Shown in pieces: positions 35,212 through 46,900 of a stretch of DNA of 64,000 nucleotides. The notes below the pieces were generated by a model that saw nothing but the letters and a program-made list of their open reading frames with translations, had not been told where the DNA came from and made no database searches. Within the stretch, counting starts at the first letter, position 1, and every line of letters begins with the position of its first letter. Source of the stretch: a virus (Duplodnaviria; Caudoviricetes); IMG/VR virus record IMGVR_UViG_3300047160_004777, positions 15,007 to 79,006 of that record, one strand, 5' to 3'. The position numbers and the translations under genes were made by a program.

Positions 35212-35702
35212 TGAATCAACGCTTCGCACTTCCCGACCGCGAGCTTGTCAAGGCCGCAGAAGGCTTCTTGAACAAGGCTGTGCCTCGCACAGGGCCGTCG
35301 CCGGCCGATCTGCACGCGATGGTGCAGCAGTTTGGTCAATATGGTTCGACGCTTCAGGTTGGAGCCCGCGCCATGTTGATCATTAGCAAACGGTGTCAGC
35401 TCACGGAATGGACACTCGACTCGACATTGGTCGGTACGGCCGGAATCTCGCTTCAGTGGGCATCGTGGGCTACGCCGCGCGTGTGGACAGATATGGTCGG
35501 CTCAGGGACCGGACCTCAGATTGTGGGTCAATCGAACGCGGGCTCGGCGCAGCTCGCCGATTGGACCGGGCCGCTACTGCTCAGAAAGCACGACGCGATC
35601 TTGATGACTGTGACCGCCTCCGATTTTATCGAGCAGCTTACTTTGGCGCTGTATATGAAAGAACTGAACAATCCAGCCGGAACGCCGACGGTGGCGCACT
35701 AG
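35208..35702 (+). CDS. minor tail / baseplate protein
   Basis: Coupled start; CQLTEWTL..WTGPLLLRKHDAILMTV. Confidence 0.55.
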   Translation: MMNQRFALPDRELVKAAEGFLNKAVPRTGPSPADLHAMVQQFGQYGSTLQVGARAMLIISKRCQLTEWTLDSTLVGTAGISLQWASWATPRVWTDMVGSGTGPQIVGQSNAGSAQLADWTGPLLLRKHDAILMTVTASDFIEQLTLALYMKELNNPAGTPTVAH

Positions 35703-35703
35703 C

Positions 35704-36840
35704 GTGTCGTTGCTCTTCGTAGACGGGTGGGATCATTACGTGGTGAGTCCCGACTCGCCCGGCAACGACATGGCTAACGTGCTACCGATCATGGGCAAGT
35801 GGGACATCTTGATGTACGCCTACGAGTTCGATGAGGCGGTTCAGATGTACGTGCATACGTCTGGAGGGCGCAGCGGACACGGCTGGCTAGAGATGGGCTA
35901 CTGGGCGCAGTGCGGCCAGTATTACGCGCTCGGCCGCATCTTGCCCGGACTGCGGGACGAACTCATCGTGGGCTTCGCGCTCCGGCCGCAGGCGGGTTCG
36001 CCCGGCTACGACTTCATTACGTTCGGACGGTCGGGTTGGTCGCAGTGCAGTGCGATGATTTCCAGCACGGGCGAAGTGTGCGGGATGGGTTACCGCAATG
36101 GCTACGTAGGTACAACCGGCGGCGGACAGTATCAGGCAACTATTGTTGGCCGCACAGCGCCGAACTCAGCCCCAATGAATGTCTGGCACTATTGGGAGTT
36201 CCACGTCTCGAACGGCTCGATGCAGGTTCAGCGCGACGGACAGCTCGTCGCCACGTGGTCGCATCCAGCGATCCATGCCCCGTATGACACGTTCTACCTG
36301 GGGAAAATCAATGGACAGGATGCGGGCTACGCCAACTATGCTCAGTGGCGGTACGACTTTGACGACCTGTACCTGATCGACACGCTCGATCCGCCACCGA
36401 ACGCCTTCTTGGGCGATGTTGAGATAACAACTATCTGGCCGCGCGGCGCGGGATCAAATACGGAGTGGGTCACGCAGCCGAGTGGAACGCCGAATTGGTA
36501 CGCCGTATCAGACCCGATCCCGGACGACGACGGCTCGCTCATCACTACTGATGCTGCTGCCCAAATCGACAGCTATCAGATGCAGCACTTGCCTGACGCA
36601 CCCATCTCGGGAGCGCAGTACACGTATTGGACACGCTCGGTTCCTGGCACGACACCCAAGTTGGTCACGCTCACGCGACGGAGTGGCTCCGAACGACAAG
36701 GCACTTACCAGATGCTGCCAATGCCGGACTACTCGTTCGTGACGACGCAGTACGGCTACAACCCGCTGTCCGGGGCGCCGTGGGTCGCGGACGACTTCAA
36801 CGACCCGACGGCTGAGCACGGGGTGGTGCTGATCCCGTGA
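35704..36840 (+). CDS. lectin-like (ConA/LamG-like) minor tail protein, paralogue 1 of 6
   Basis: LFVDGWD start, WHYWEF, FDDLYLID..FLGDV..IWP, shared C-terminal domain. Confidence 0.7.
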   Translation: MSLLFVDGWDHYVVSPDSPGNDMANVLPIMGKWDILMYAYEFDEAVQMYVHTSGGRSGHGWLEMGYWAQCGQYYALGRILPGLRDELIVGFALRPQAGSPGYDFITFGRSGWSQCSAMISSTGEVCGMGYRNGYVGTTGGGQYQATIVGRTAPNSAPMNVWHYWEFHVSNGSMQVQRDGQLVATWSHPAIHAPYDTFYLGKINGQDAGYANYAQWRYDFDDLYLIDTLDPPPNAFLGDVEITTIWPRGAGSNTEWVTQPSGTPNWYAVSDPIPDDDGSLITTDAAAQIDSYQMQHLPDAPISGAQYTYWTRSVPGTTPKLVTLTRRSGSERQGTYQMLPMPDYSFVTTQYGYNPLSGAPWVADDFNDPTAEHGVVLIP

Positions 36841-38036
36841 GCATCATCTTCACCGATAGCTTCGACACGTACACTGCGAGCGGGACGGACTACGCACAGC
36901 TTCAAGCGAAGTGGGGCTTGTACGACTGGCAGAATCGAGGTCAGTACCCACCAACCTACGTTGGCCCGACTGGGCGTGGCGGGTACGGCAATTTCTTGAG
37001 GATGCAGTATTCAGGCGTCCAGGAGGGTTCGTATTACTACCTGGGTCACCCCACACCAGGCTACGCAGAGCTGATCGTGGGCTTCGCCATGCGCTGGTGG
37101 CGGATGCCCGATACGTTCGACTTTTTCAGTGCTGATCTGATCGTTTCCTCGATTGACCACCACTTTTTGTCTTTTGGGCCAGCGCTTATGCATATGAACC
37201 TGGGCTTTCGCGTGACGTACGGGGGCTTCATTGCGCTCGCGGCTGGTCATACGGGCGACCGCTTCACCGATGAGCTGGCGCGCACCGATATGCCGTGCGT
37301 CCGGGACGGTCTCTGGAACTACTTCGAGTTCAAGGTCGGCCCTGGCCATGCAGAAATTCGGCGAGACGGCATCGAAATTTTCAATCAGAGCGGGCTTGAC
37401 ACGAACCGTTTCGGCAGTGGCTATGCAAACACATATCTAGGCCATATTCAGGGCAAAGGTCCGACGGGCGGGTTGTTCGGCGGAACGGGGCAGTTCCCGA
37501 ATTGGCAGTACGACTACGACGACGTGTACATAGCTACCACGTCCGGAGGCATCTACACGGATTTCGTGGGCGACGTGAAGGCTTCGACGCTGCGTCCTAT
37601 CGGGCCTGGACCACGTACCGAGTTCGTGCCGTGGCCTGCTGGGTCAGCAAACTGGGCTGATGTGAGCGACACGACACCAGACGGAGATACGACGAACGTC
37701 AGTACGGACGTGTTCAATGCAGGTGACGTGTATCAGATCGAGCAGCTCCAGTCACAAGGGACAATTCTGAGTGTCCAGTTTGCGGTAGTAGCGCGGCGCT
37801 ACGGGACGGCGAACGGTAAGCTGCTGCCTATTGTGCGGCAGGGAACGGTTGAGGCGAATGGTCCCGCTATTGACGTGAACACGACAGCCTTCGGCGCGGG
37901 TGCGAGCCCCGGCGTGTATCACCTGACGACAGTCGCGCTCGAAGTGAACCCGCTGACTGGCGTACCTTGGATTCCGTCTGATCTGGTCAGCACAGCGACC
38001 GTGCTGAACTACGAAGGATACCGGGTAAGCCGATGA
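36837..38036 (+). CDS. lectin-like minor tail protein, paralogue 2 of 6
   Basis: IFTDSFD, WNYFEF, YDDVYI..FVGDV..LRP. Confidence 0.7.
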   Translation: MSIIFTDSFDTYTASGTDYAQLQAKWGLYDWQNRGQYPPTYVGPTGRGGYGNFLRMQYSGVQEGSYYYLGHPTPGYAELIVGFAMRWWRMPDTFDFFSADLIVSSIDHHFLSFGPALMHMNLGFRVTYGGFIALAAGHTGDRFTDELARTDMPCVRDGLWNYFEFKVGPGHAEIRRDGIEIFNQSGLDTNRFGSGYANTYLGHIQGKGPTGGLFGGTGQFPNWQYDYDDVYIATTSGGIYTDFVGDVKASTLRPIGPGPRTEFVPWPAGSANWADVSDTTPDGDTTNVSTDVFNAGDVYQIEQLQSQGTILSVQFAVVARRYGTANGKLLPIVRQGTVEANGPAIDVNTTAFGAGASPGVYHLTTVALEVNPLTGVPWIPSDLVSTATVLNYEGYRVSR

Positions 38037-39136
38037 CGCTGCGCTGGACCAGCAGTTTCGACAACTTCCAGGACTCGGACAGACCCAGCATATTCACCGC
38101 ATCGAACGCCTACGATGGTGGCGGCAGCTACGCGTTCAACTTCGGGACGACCTACAGCCGGTGGCCATCCGGTAAGGGCATTCGTCTCCAAGGAAACGTT
38201 GGAACGGGCGACGGCACTGGTTTCGGCACGTCTTTCGATCTGCTCTTTGATTACCAGCCGCAATGGTATTGCGGTGTGGCGGTCCGCCCTGTGACCTATC
38301 CGCAAGGTAATACAGGACTCACGTATCAAGTCTGTTCATTGATGGACGTAGCGTCCTACGTCATCGAATGCCGACTGACGGCAGCAGGTGTGCTGGTGGT
38401 TACGCTCAACGGCACGGCTATCGCAACGGGGACAGTCACGTTGCCGACAGGTGTCTTCTCGTTCGTGGAGTTTGGAGTGGTTCTTCACCCGACCGCCGGT
38501 TCATATACGGTCAGGCTCAACGGGGCGAACTATCTGACGGCGAGTGGCGTCAACACCACTGCCACAGGCACCGGGCAGGCGAACAAGTTCCGTCTAGGAA
38601 TGATTCAGCCGGGAACAAGTGGTTCGCAGACCGCGAGCGGCGAAGTCTGGTACGACGACCTGTATATCGCGGATGGGACAGGTAGCGGCGTCAATAATTT
38701 CGTAGGTGACTGCCACCCTATCGAACTGCTGCCCAGCTCGAACGGCACCTACTCGGATTGGGCGCAGACCGGCGGCACCGGCGGCAGCCCATATACAGCG
38801 GTTAGCGATACGCCGAACAATGGCGATACGAGTTATCTGAGCAGCTTCACGCCGAACCAACGAACGACGTTCCACTTCCCGACTCTCCCGGTGACGACGA
38901 GCAGTGTGCGCGCAGTGGCAATAGGTCTGTGGCTTCGGAAAGACGACGCCAATTCCCATACTGTAGCTGCTCGTTCGGTCGAAAGCAGTACCGAAAGCAC
39001 GAGTGCGGCGAGCGTGGGAGCGTTGGCCCAATATGCTTTTAGCGAAATCGTCATGGAGACGGACCCGCTCGATGGCGCGAGCTGGACAGCGACGAAGGTG
39101 AATAACAGTGAGTTTGGGGTCGTGTTATCCACATGA
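38033..39136 (+). CDS. lectin-like minor tail protein, paralogue 3 of 6
   Basis: WTSSFD, FSFVEF, YDDLYI..FVGDC..LLP. Confidence 0.7.
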   Translation: MTLRWTSSFDNFQDSDRPSIFTASNAYDGGGSYAFNFGTTYSRWPSGKGIRLQGNVGTGDGTGFGTSFDLLFDYQPQWYCGVAVRPVTYPQGNTGLTYQVCSLMDVASYVIECRLTAAGVLVVTLNGTAIATGTVTLPTGVFSFVEFGVVLHPTAGSYTVRLNGANYLTASGVNTTATGTGQANKFRLGMIQPGTSGSQTASGEVWYDDLYIADGTGSGVNNFVGDCHPIELLPSSNGTYSDWAQTGGTGGSPYTAVSDTPNNGDTSYLSSFTPNQRTTFHFPTLPVTTSSVRAVAIGLWLRKDDANSHTVAARSVESSTESTSAASVGALAQYAFSEIVMETDPLDGASWTATKVNNSEFGVVLST

Positions 39137-40242
39137 CCCTCATCTTCACCGAGTCGTTTGATCTGTTCGCGGGCAACACCACCGATTACGGGTACAAGTG
39201 GTTCGACCGTAGCTTCGGCAACGCCACGTTGGGTTCGACCACGGGTCGTTTCGGAGGAAGTGCTGCACAAATCAGCGCCTCAGTCGGCTCGCCAAGCAGT
39301 GGCACGGGGTATATCGGTGCGGGGCTCGGCACGGACTACACGACGTTCGTGGTCGGGTTCGCGATGAACATCCAATCACTGCCCGTCGGAACCGCCTTCT
39401 TCTGGGTTGTGGATTCTGCAAACACGACCCAGCTGTATATGGCGGTCGATGTCGGAGTTCTCGCGCCATACTTCGTTCGTTCGGGGTCTGGAACGCGGTT
39501 GTGTACGTCGAGCCGCTCGGTGCCGACAGGTTCTTGGGTATATGTCGAAGTGCCGATGAATATCAGCGCGACGGCAGGTTGGTGCGAAATCTGGCTCGAT
39601 GGAACACTGACGGCGAGCTACTACGGCACGAATACAAGTCGGGCAAGCTCGAACGGAAACACCTTGTCTGGACTCGCTGCCGGCGCGCGCACGGTACGTA
39701 TCGGGTGTCAGATCAGCGGATCGCTGGTGACGAACACATTCCTCTACGATGACCTGTACGTATGCAACACGGCCGGTACCGTGAACAACGACCGACTGGG
39801 AGACGTTCACGTTATGAGTCTGTTGCCGACGGGCGCCTCGGCAGCGGGCGGCCACACGCAGTTCACTATTGGCGGAACCACACCGGCCGCCACCAATTAT
39901 CAGTCCGTGAATGAAGCTACGCCGAACGTAGACGTGACTTACGTTGCGGACAACACAGTTGGGCACGTGGACACCTACGCCTACGCGGATCTACCAACCA
40001 CGGCCTCGGTCGTCAGAGGCGTGGCGGCTCAGTACGTGGCGCGTAAGGACGACGCGGGGCTGCGCCAAATTCAGGCTGTTGTGCGGCAGTCGGGCACCGA
40101 TGCGTACAGCCCATCGGTTTTCAATCTGGGCGCTTCGTATCAGTCCGCACAGCTCATCATGGAGACGAACCCGGTCACCGGTTTGCCGTGGACTGTTTCT
40201 GATGTCAACGGTGACGAGTTCGGGTTCCGGGTCTACTCATGA
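39133..40242 (+). CDS. lectin-like minor tail protein, paralogue 4 of 6
   Basis: IFTESFD, WVYVEV, YDDLYV..LGDV..LLP, RKDDAG. Confidence 0.7.
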   Translation: MTLIFTESFDLFAGNTTDYGYKWFDRSFGNATLGSTTGRFGGSAAQISASVGSPSSGTGYIGAGLGTDYTTFVVGFAMNIQSLPVGTAFFWVVDSANTTQLYMAVDVGVLAPYFVRSGSGTRLCTSSRSVPTGSWVYVEVPMNISATAGWCEIWLDGTLTASYYGTNTSRASSNGNTLSGLAAGARTVRIGCQISGSLVTNTFLYDDLYVCNTAGTVNNDRLGDVHVMSLLPTGASAAGGHTQFTIGGTTPAATNYQSVNEATPNVDVTYVADNTVGHVDTYAYADLPTTASVVRGVAAQYVARKDDAGLRQIQAVVRQSGTDAYSPSVFNLGASYQSAQLIMETNPVTGLPWTVSDVNGDEFGFRVYS

Positions 40243-41027
40243 GTCCTGTGATGCAGCTCGTCAACGGGTTGATCCAGACCACCTCGGTTAGTAGTCAGTT
40301 GGTGGGCGATACGACGGTCAATCCGTCGAGTCCTCTCGGCTTTCCAGCAATACCGCAGTTCACGGTGCTGAATGTCCGAACTGGCGAACTGCTGCTCGTC
40401 ACGGCGCTCGGGCCGCCCTGGACGGTGACACGCGGCTTCGGCAGCAGTACGGCAGCGGCTATCAACGCGGGCGACCCACTCCAGTACAGCGTGACACGAG
40501 AGATGCTGCTGGCTGGCTTCATGGCTAAGCTCGATGAGGTCGTGTTAGCTGCTGATTCCTCGGCGGTGTTGACACTGACCGTGCCCTCCGGCTTGCCGTT
40601 TCTCCGCAATCTCAAGCTGCACGTGAATGGGAACGCCGTCAGCGATTGCGACCTGGATTGGCGGTTCAACAGCGATTCGAGCAACACGTATATCCAGAAC
40701 TACGCCTACTGGGGGTCTGGCTCGTCGTCAGGCCAGCAGACGAGTACGTACGGTCGTATCTGGATTGGCGGCCAGACGTTCCCTCAGGTGGGGGTGGACG
40801 CGGAGATAACCATCGGCGGTGCTGACGCCGCAGACCGTTGGAAAACGTGGCAAGTTATCCAGTGGCTCCGCCAGAGTGGCGGCCAATACTACGTGATGGT
40901 TGAGAGCGGGAGCTGGCAGCCGACGACGCAGGCGGCGATTAGCACTGTGCAGCTTGCGGCCGGCAATACGTGGAACGCAGTGACGCTGCGCGCGGGCTTT
41001 CGGGCGCAGCTATACGGGGTGCCCTGA
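40239..41027 (+). CDS. receptor-binding/fibre-type protein, paralogue 1 of 4
   Basis: Shared N-terminal anchor (LVNG..FP..F.VLN..GELL.V..VTRG..AAAINAGD). Confidence 0.65.
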   Translation: MSPVMQLVNGLIQTTSVSSQLVGDTTVNPSSPLGFPAIPQFTVLNVRTGELLLVTALGPPWTVTRGFGSSTAAAINAGDPLQYSVTREMLLAGFMAKLDEVVLAADSSAVLTLTVPSGLPFLRNLKLHVNGNAVSDCDLDWRFNSDSSNTYIQNYAYWGSGSSSGQQTSTYGRIWIGGQTFPQVGVDAEITIGGADAADRWKTWQVIQWLRQSGGQYYVMVESGSWQPTTQAAISTVQLAAGNTWNAVTLRAGFRAQLYGVP

Positions 41028-41028
41028 G

Positions 41029-42090
41029 ATGGGAATCCTATTTGTCGATGGGTTCGATCACCTGGCGACGGCCAGCGGGTCGATGAAATGGAGTTCAATC
41101 TCGGGCGCCACGTGGGGGTCTGGCTCCAGTCGATTCGCGGGTGGTCAAGGCGTGAACATTGCCACGAGCGGCGCGAGTGGTGGGTCGCCGGCGCAATGGA
41201 TTGCCAAGACATTTGTCAATCGCAGGATGGTAGTGATGGGCGTCGCGTTCAACGCGCCAAGCGTGTACGCCGGCAACTACTTCGGGTTGGGCCAACTCGG
41301 GTTCTTCGATGGCGGAACGGCGCAGGTCGATGTCCGTATCAATAGCTCGCAGCAGTGGTACGTCACCCGGAACGGGACGACGCTGTTTACCGCGACCACT
41401 TCTCCGTTGGCGTTTGGTTCGTTGTGGTACTTTGTCGAACTCAAGTCCACCATTGATCCAAGTGCCGGATACGCGGAGCTGCGCGTGAATGGCGTATCGC
41501 TCGGCACCTTCTCGGGGAACACGTCCGGTTCCGGAAACGCGTATGCCAACCAGATTCGTATTGGCTGGCTCAACGGTACGAGCGGCGGGTCCGTCAGCAC
41601 AAATTTCGATGATGTGTACCTGCTGGAAGGAGACAGCGGGACTGGCCTGATCGACTTCTTGGGTGATTGTCGCGTGCAAACGTTACTCCCGAACGCCGCA
41701 GGTACCAATACGAACTTCTCAAAAGCGGGCGCCGCAGCTACGAACTGGCAGTCGGTCAACGAAGCCCAGCCGGATACGACGACCACGGTGTTTGGAAATA
41801 CGGCAGCGCAATACGACACGTACCAGTATTCCGATCTGACCACAACTACGAACCGCGTGTTCGCCGTAGCGCAGAGCTTCGTCCAACAAAAGGATGACGC
41901 GGGGTTCCGCACGGCGACGGCTCGCGTGCGCTCTGGAGGCGCGGAGGCTGATTTCGCGGCTCCCGTCGTGCCGCTGACAGCTAGCTATAGTGTCCTACAA
42001 CAGATTCAAGAAACGAATCCCGTCACTGCTGTACCGTGGGTTGTAGCTGATGTGAATGCGGCGGAGTTCGGGCCGCGCATCTCAACGTAA
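41029..42090 (+). CDS. lectin-like minor tail protein, paralogue 5 of 6
   Basis: LFVDGFD, WYFVEL, FDDVYL..FLGDC..LLP, QKDDAG. Confidence 0.7.
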   Translation: MGILFVDGFDHLATASGSMKWSSISGATWGSGSSRFAGGQGVNIATSGASGGSPAQWIAKTFVNRRMVVMGVAFNAPSVYAGNYFGLGQLGFFDGGTAQVDVRINSSQQWYVTRNGTTLFTATTSPLAFGSLWYFVELKSTIDPSAGYAELRVNGVSLGTFSGNTSGSGNAYANQIRIGWLNGTSGGSVSTNFDDVYLLEGDSGTGLIDFLGDCRVQTLLPNAAGTNTNFSKAGAAATNWQSVNEAQPDTTTTVFGNTAAQYDTYQYSDLTTTTNRVFAVAQSFVQQKDDAGFRTATARVRSGGAEADFAAPVVPLTASYSVLQQIQETNPVTAVPWVVADVNAAEFGPRIST

Positions 42091-42095
42091 AACTG

Positions 42096-43175
42096 ATGCC
42101 TCAAGAGCAATTTGCCAATGGCGCACCCTCGAACACGGTCAGTACGAGCTACGCGTCTGGTGCGACGAGCATCGTGATGAACTCGATTAGTGGCTATCCG
42201 CTCGTTCCGCAATTCCGCTTGCTCAATATCCGTACGGGAGAAGTTGTGGTCGTGGTTGGGATTGCCGGAGTGACACTGACGGTCCTGCGCGGAGCGGAAT
42301 CCACGACTGCGGCGGCGATCAACTCCGGCGACAACTTGAATCACATTCTAACCGCCGGAGCGCTAGGGAATCTCGGCAATACGCTGCGGATCGTGCCGAC
42401 CCCTCCGAGTTTGTGTGTTGACTACGCTTCATCCTTTACCGCGACATTACCACCGGCTTCGTATGCCAATATCACAGCTCAGGCGATTGAGACGCGAGCG
42501 ACGATGCCACAGTGGGGCTCAACCACGTCGCCACCCTGGTCGCCGTATCAGTGGGGTTATGCAAACTACCCGGTTCTGACGAATTTCTCGTGTCAGATTC
42601 GGGCAAGGTTTGTATGCCCGAGCGCTCTCGGCGGCGCGTGGAACTTCTCGTGGTCGTCGGATGACAGCACGGATATCTCGGTATGGACCGACGCCGCTTT
42701 TACTACGCAGGTTGGTTCGACCATCGGCACATTTTCTAACAGCACGACGAACTCAGGTAACGGCAACGTCACGCTGACCGGCGGCAGCACATACTACCTG
42801 CGTGTCCGGTGGGCACAAGGTGCAGGCGGTTACTCGTTGTGGGTTCAGTACACACCACCGGGTGGTGTGGCACATTATCTGATGGACGATATGCTGATTG
42901 GCAGCACGCTCTATGTGTGTCCGTTTCGCGCTATCGGCTGTATCGGGGTGGTAGGCGATACGCGCAACGGTGATCGTTTAGACCTGCTGAGTTCCGGCGG
43001 CGCAGTCCAGTCCTCGTTCCGCGTGAATGCGGCTGGTCAGGACGCCTCATTGCCATTGCTCGCGACGCCATACAACGGAACCGTGCGGTTGTCGGAGGCG
43101 GACGGCACCGTCGTCGGGACATTGGCGCAGACATTCAATGGCGGCGAGTTCATTCGAGTCGGATCGCGACAGTAA
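42096..43175 (+). CDS. receptor-binding protein with a PA14-like domain, paralogue 2 of 4
   Basis: Shared anchor; SSDDSTDI..YYLRVRWAQGAGGYSLWVQYTPPGG resembles PA14. Confidence 0.65.
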   Translation: MPQEQFANGAPSNTVSTSYASGATSIVMNSISGYPLVPQFRLLNIRTGEVVVVVGIAGVTLTVLRGAESTTAAAINSGDNLNHILTAGALGNLGNTLRIVPTPPSLCVDYASSFTATLPPASYANITAQAIETRATMPQWGSTTSPPWSPYQWGYANYPVLTNFSCQIRARFVCPSALGGAWNFSWSSDDSTDISVWTDAAFTTQVGSTIGTFSNSTTNSGNGNVTLTGGSTYYLRVRWAQGAGGYSLWVQYTPPGGVAHYLMDDMLIGSTLYVCPFRAIGCIGVVGDTRNGDRLDLLSSGGAVQSSFRVNAAGQDASLPLLATPYNGTVRLSEADGTVVGTLAQTFNGGEFIRVGSRQ

Positions 43176-43909
43176 TGCCTGAAGCCTTAGTGAACGGTGC
43201 GGCTTCGACGCTCGCGGCCAGCATCACGAATTCGCAGACAACGATCCCCATTCAAAGTGCCGACGCGAGCAAGTTCCCCGGAACCGGAAACACGTATCGG
43301 CTCGCAGTCTCGGACGGCACCAATATTGAGCTGATGTGGGTCACGGCCGGTCAGGGTACTGCAACGCTGACCGTAACTCGCGCAGTCGAAGCCTATAACG
43401 GAGTCCAGACAGCCTTTGCGTTCGGCTCCGGAGCGACAGTCGCGGCGGTGCTGACGGCCGCCGCATTCACGACTCTGGTCCCAGCTAGCGTGCTCGTGCA
43501 GCGGCGAACATCTACGCCCACTAATGGTGTGACCGTCACCGGAGACAACACGGCCTACCACTCCTGGTCCACGCCGTGGCAGATCACCGTCACCGGCGTT
43601 GCGAGCGGTCAGCACGTTCTTTTGCGCGCGAACGCGGCTCTCAGCAACGGCACGAACTATGGTTATATCGCTTTTTACCGCGTGACAGGCGGGCCGACCT
43701 TTCTCTACTGTGTTGGCGTTGATATGAATGCGCACGTGGTAGGCGTCTACCTTGAATACGACGACGCTACGCCGGGGACCGGCAGCATCACGTACGAGGT
43801 CTATGGCGGAGCGAACACGGGTACGGTTACGCTCAACAACAACGGGTCGTCGGCTTTCAGCGTGAATGTTGGCAACAGCCTGTTGGTTGCGGAGGTGTAC
43901 AACCCATAA
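43175..43909 (+). CDS. receptor-binding protein, paralogue 3 of 4
   Basis: Shared anchor EALVNGAASTL..TLTVTRAVE; beta-sandwich C-terminus. Confidence 0.65.
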   Translation: MPEALVNGAASTLAASITNSQTTIPIQSADASKFPGTGNTYRLAVSDGTNIELMWVTAGQGTATLTVTRAVEAYNGVQTAFAFGSGATVAAVLTAAAFTTLVPASVLVQRRTSTPTNGVTVTGDNTAYHSWSTPWQITVTGVASGQHVLLRANAALSNGTNYGYIAFYRVTGGPTFLYCVGVDMNAHVVGVYLEYDDATPGTGSITYEVYGGANTGTVTLNNNGSSAFSVNVGNSLLVAEVYNP

Positions 43910-46900
43910 TGGTCGCTCTCGTCAACGGTGCTCAGACCACGCTTGGGGCGGATATCGCCTCCGGAGCTACGACCATCACGGTGGCCTCCGGCAATGGCGC
44001 GATGTTCCCTTCAGGGGACTTCACTATCACCCTGGATGACCGGACTCACCAGGAAGTGATCTACGTTCCAACGGGCGGTCGCTCGGGTGATACGTTCTCC
44101 AACTGCGTGCGCGCCTACGAGAGTTACGGTGGAGCAGCCACTGCCTACGCTTTCGTAGCTGCGACTCCAACTACGCTCGCCCAGACCGTCACCGCCGCCA
44201 CGATGAACCGCCAGTTCGCGGGCGGCACGATGACGCAGTACAGCAACTTCCTCGGTGCTGATGTCACGTTCTCAATCGCAAACACATTCTTCGACGGGCC
44301 GGCTCTCACGCTCGCCCCTGGCACGTGGTTGCTGTCAGGACAGGTCACAGCCAGTTGCGATGGAGGGACACAGGGTTTCACTGCGAAGCTGTGGGATGGG
44401 ACAAGTACGTTCGCCACAGCGTCGGCGGCCAATCCTTTTTCCGGTTATGCCGTGCCGATGCCGCTCATGGCTGTTGTCAGCCCTACAGTCGCGACCACCT
44501 ACAAGATCAGCGTTTGCCAGGACTCCGCTGTAGCCAGTCGCATCAAGTGTCAGCCCAGGTCGAACCCGGCTGGCAACAATGCGAGCTATCTCATCGCAAT
44601 GCTGCTCACATCCGGTGGTTCAAGCAGTGCCTACGCGCCCAGCGAGCAGTACGCGGTGGTGGTCGATCAGAAGACTGCTGGAACGGATGGTGGAACGTTC
44701 AACTCGGGTGCGTGGCAACGACGTGATCTGAACACAGTCCTAGCTAATACAGGTAACTGGCTAACAGTTAGTGGTAACCAGATCACGTTACCAGCTGGCA
44801 CATATCGTACCGATATACTCGCGCCTGCGTCCGCCGCTGGTCGTCATCAAGCTCGTTTGCAGAACGTCACTTCCGGAACAACGCTGTTGGTTGGCACTGA
44901 CGCAGGCGCAAGCACCGGGACTGGCGCTTCGGCAGTTATTAGCCAGTCCCGTATCAATGGTAGGTTTACGCTTACTGCAACTAGCACACTAGAAGTGCAG
45001 CATCAGTGTGGTACAGGAAAGGCTAGTGACGGATTTGGTAACGCAGCTGGTGGGGCTTTTACAGTAGCCTATGAAGTCTATACCGTTGCCCAGTTCTGGC
45101 TGGAGCAGCAGAACCTCGCGCCAAACGGGTCGAAGCTACTACTGGACTTCAGACCGACGACGGATTTGGTCAATGGGCAGTCCATAAGCGCCACCACGTG
45201 GACGGACGTGCCTGGGACAACACAGACCTTCACGATTGACGACGGCAACGCGCTAGTAGAAATCGCCTGGGGCGGCTTCGTCTACATGAATGGGTCGTCT
45301 TTAGGCGTGTGCTCCAGTCGGTTTGTGATAGACCCGGCCGGTGCAAACATCATCCGATATTTAGGAGCGCTGATAGACAGCAGCGAGAGAAACAACGTGA
45401 TGGCCGGAGCGCCGCCCGTATCTGTGGCTGCGGCAGCACTTGGGACGGGCACACATACGGTCAAGCTACAGGTGTACGCCGTTACGTCGGGTTTTCTGCT
45501 GTACTGTCGGCCCGCGACGAACCCGAATACTGAGTTCGTCACCTGTCAAGTACGCCAGGTCCCCCAGGCGACGACCACACTCAGCCCGGCGGTCGCCAAC
45601 GGCACGAAGATCCTGCTGAACTACACGGACACGACGGACCGTTCCAGTACCGCACTCTCGTCATCGGTGTGGACTGACGTTCCAGGCACCACCCAGAACT
45701 TCACCGTGGATGACCCGAATGCCATCGTGGAGTTGTCGGCCTTCGATCAGATCAAGGTCGTCGCGAGCAGCTACGGTCCCGGCGCAACACGGTTCCTGAT
45801 CGACGGGAACCCTGTTGGTGATTACGGAATCGTGCAGTGCAACTCGGGTGGCTATCAGACCAACGTGTTGACGGGCGGCACGCCTATCCCGGTTGCAGGG
45901 CTGTCGGTTGGTGTTCACGCCGTCAAAATTCAGGTCAATCTTGGTGGTGGCGGCACGCTCTATCAGCGGTACAGCACGTCCCCCGATGAGCACTGCGGCA
46001 TCCGCATCCTTCAGCGACCCCAGGTGCAGGCCACGCCGGTCGGCGGCACGGCGGGTGACAAGCTGCTGCTGAACTACACGGAGACAGCCGACAAATTCAG
46101 CGGCTCGCAAATGACGATTGGGACCTGGTACGACCTGCTCACGACGCAAACCTTTGTGGTCGATGACGCCAGCGCCACTATCGAAGTCGTTGTCTCAGGC
46201 AACGTGTTAGCTGGCTACAACAACAGTAGCGCCAGTCCCCGCACGCAACTCGTCATTGACGCAACCGGCTATCGACTGGGCAGTCAAAAGACCGACGGTC
46301 TTTCCTGGGGTAATCCCTTTGCTGGAGTGGGGCCAGTGCCAATTACGGGTCTGGCCGTTGGTTCCCACACACTTAAGGTGCAGGTCACTTCTGACGCCGG
46401 GGCAGGAGCGTCAGCGGCTGGTATCTACGCGCAATTTGCGACAAACCCGAACCGGGATTTTCTTCAAGTCCGCGTCTGGCAGCGGCCGACAATCTATCGC
46501 GGCGGTAGCGTGCCGAGCGTACAGGTTGGACTCGCGGCATCTAAGACGCCCGCACAGTCGGCTGGTAACTGGAGCGCGGCACTCTCCTGGGATGTAGCTA
46601 ACTGGAACACTGACAACCTTTGGTCGGCGGCAAATCCTACTCGTCTGACGTGCCAGACGCCAGGCAAGTATCTCGCAATGGCCAACCTTCAGGCAGCTAA
46701 CGCGACTCTGGAACTCTGGCTAGTCAAGAACGGGGTTACTGCAACACATATTGCCGACTCGGCGTATCAGCAATACCAACTGCTCTCCACGGTCGTTGAT
46801 CTATCGGTCGGGGACTACCTGGAGTTGTACGGCTACAACTCGAACAGCGGGTCAAACACGATCAATCAGACGGCGGTCATGTCGCTCACGCGCATTGGTG

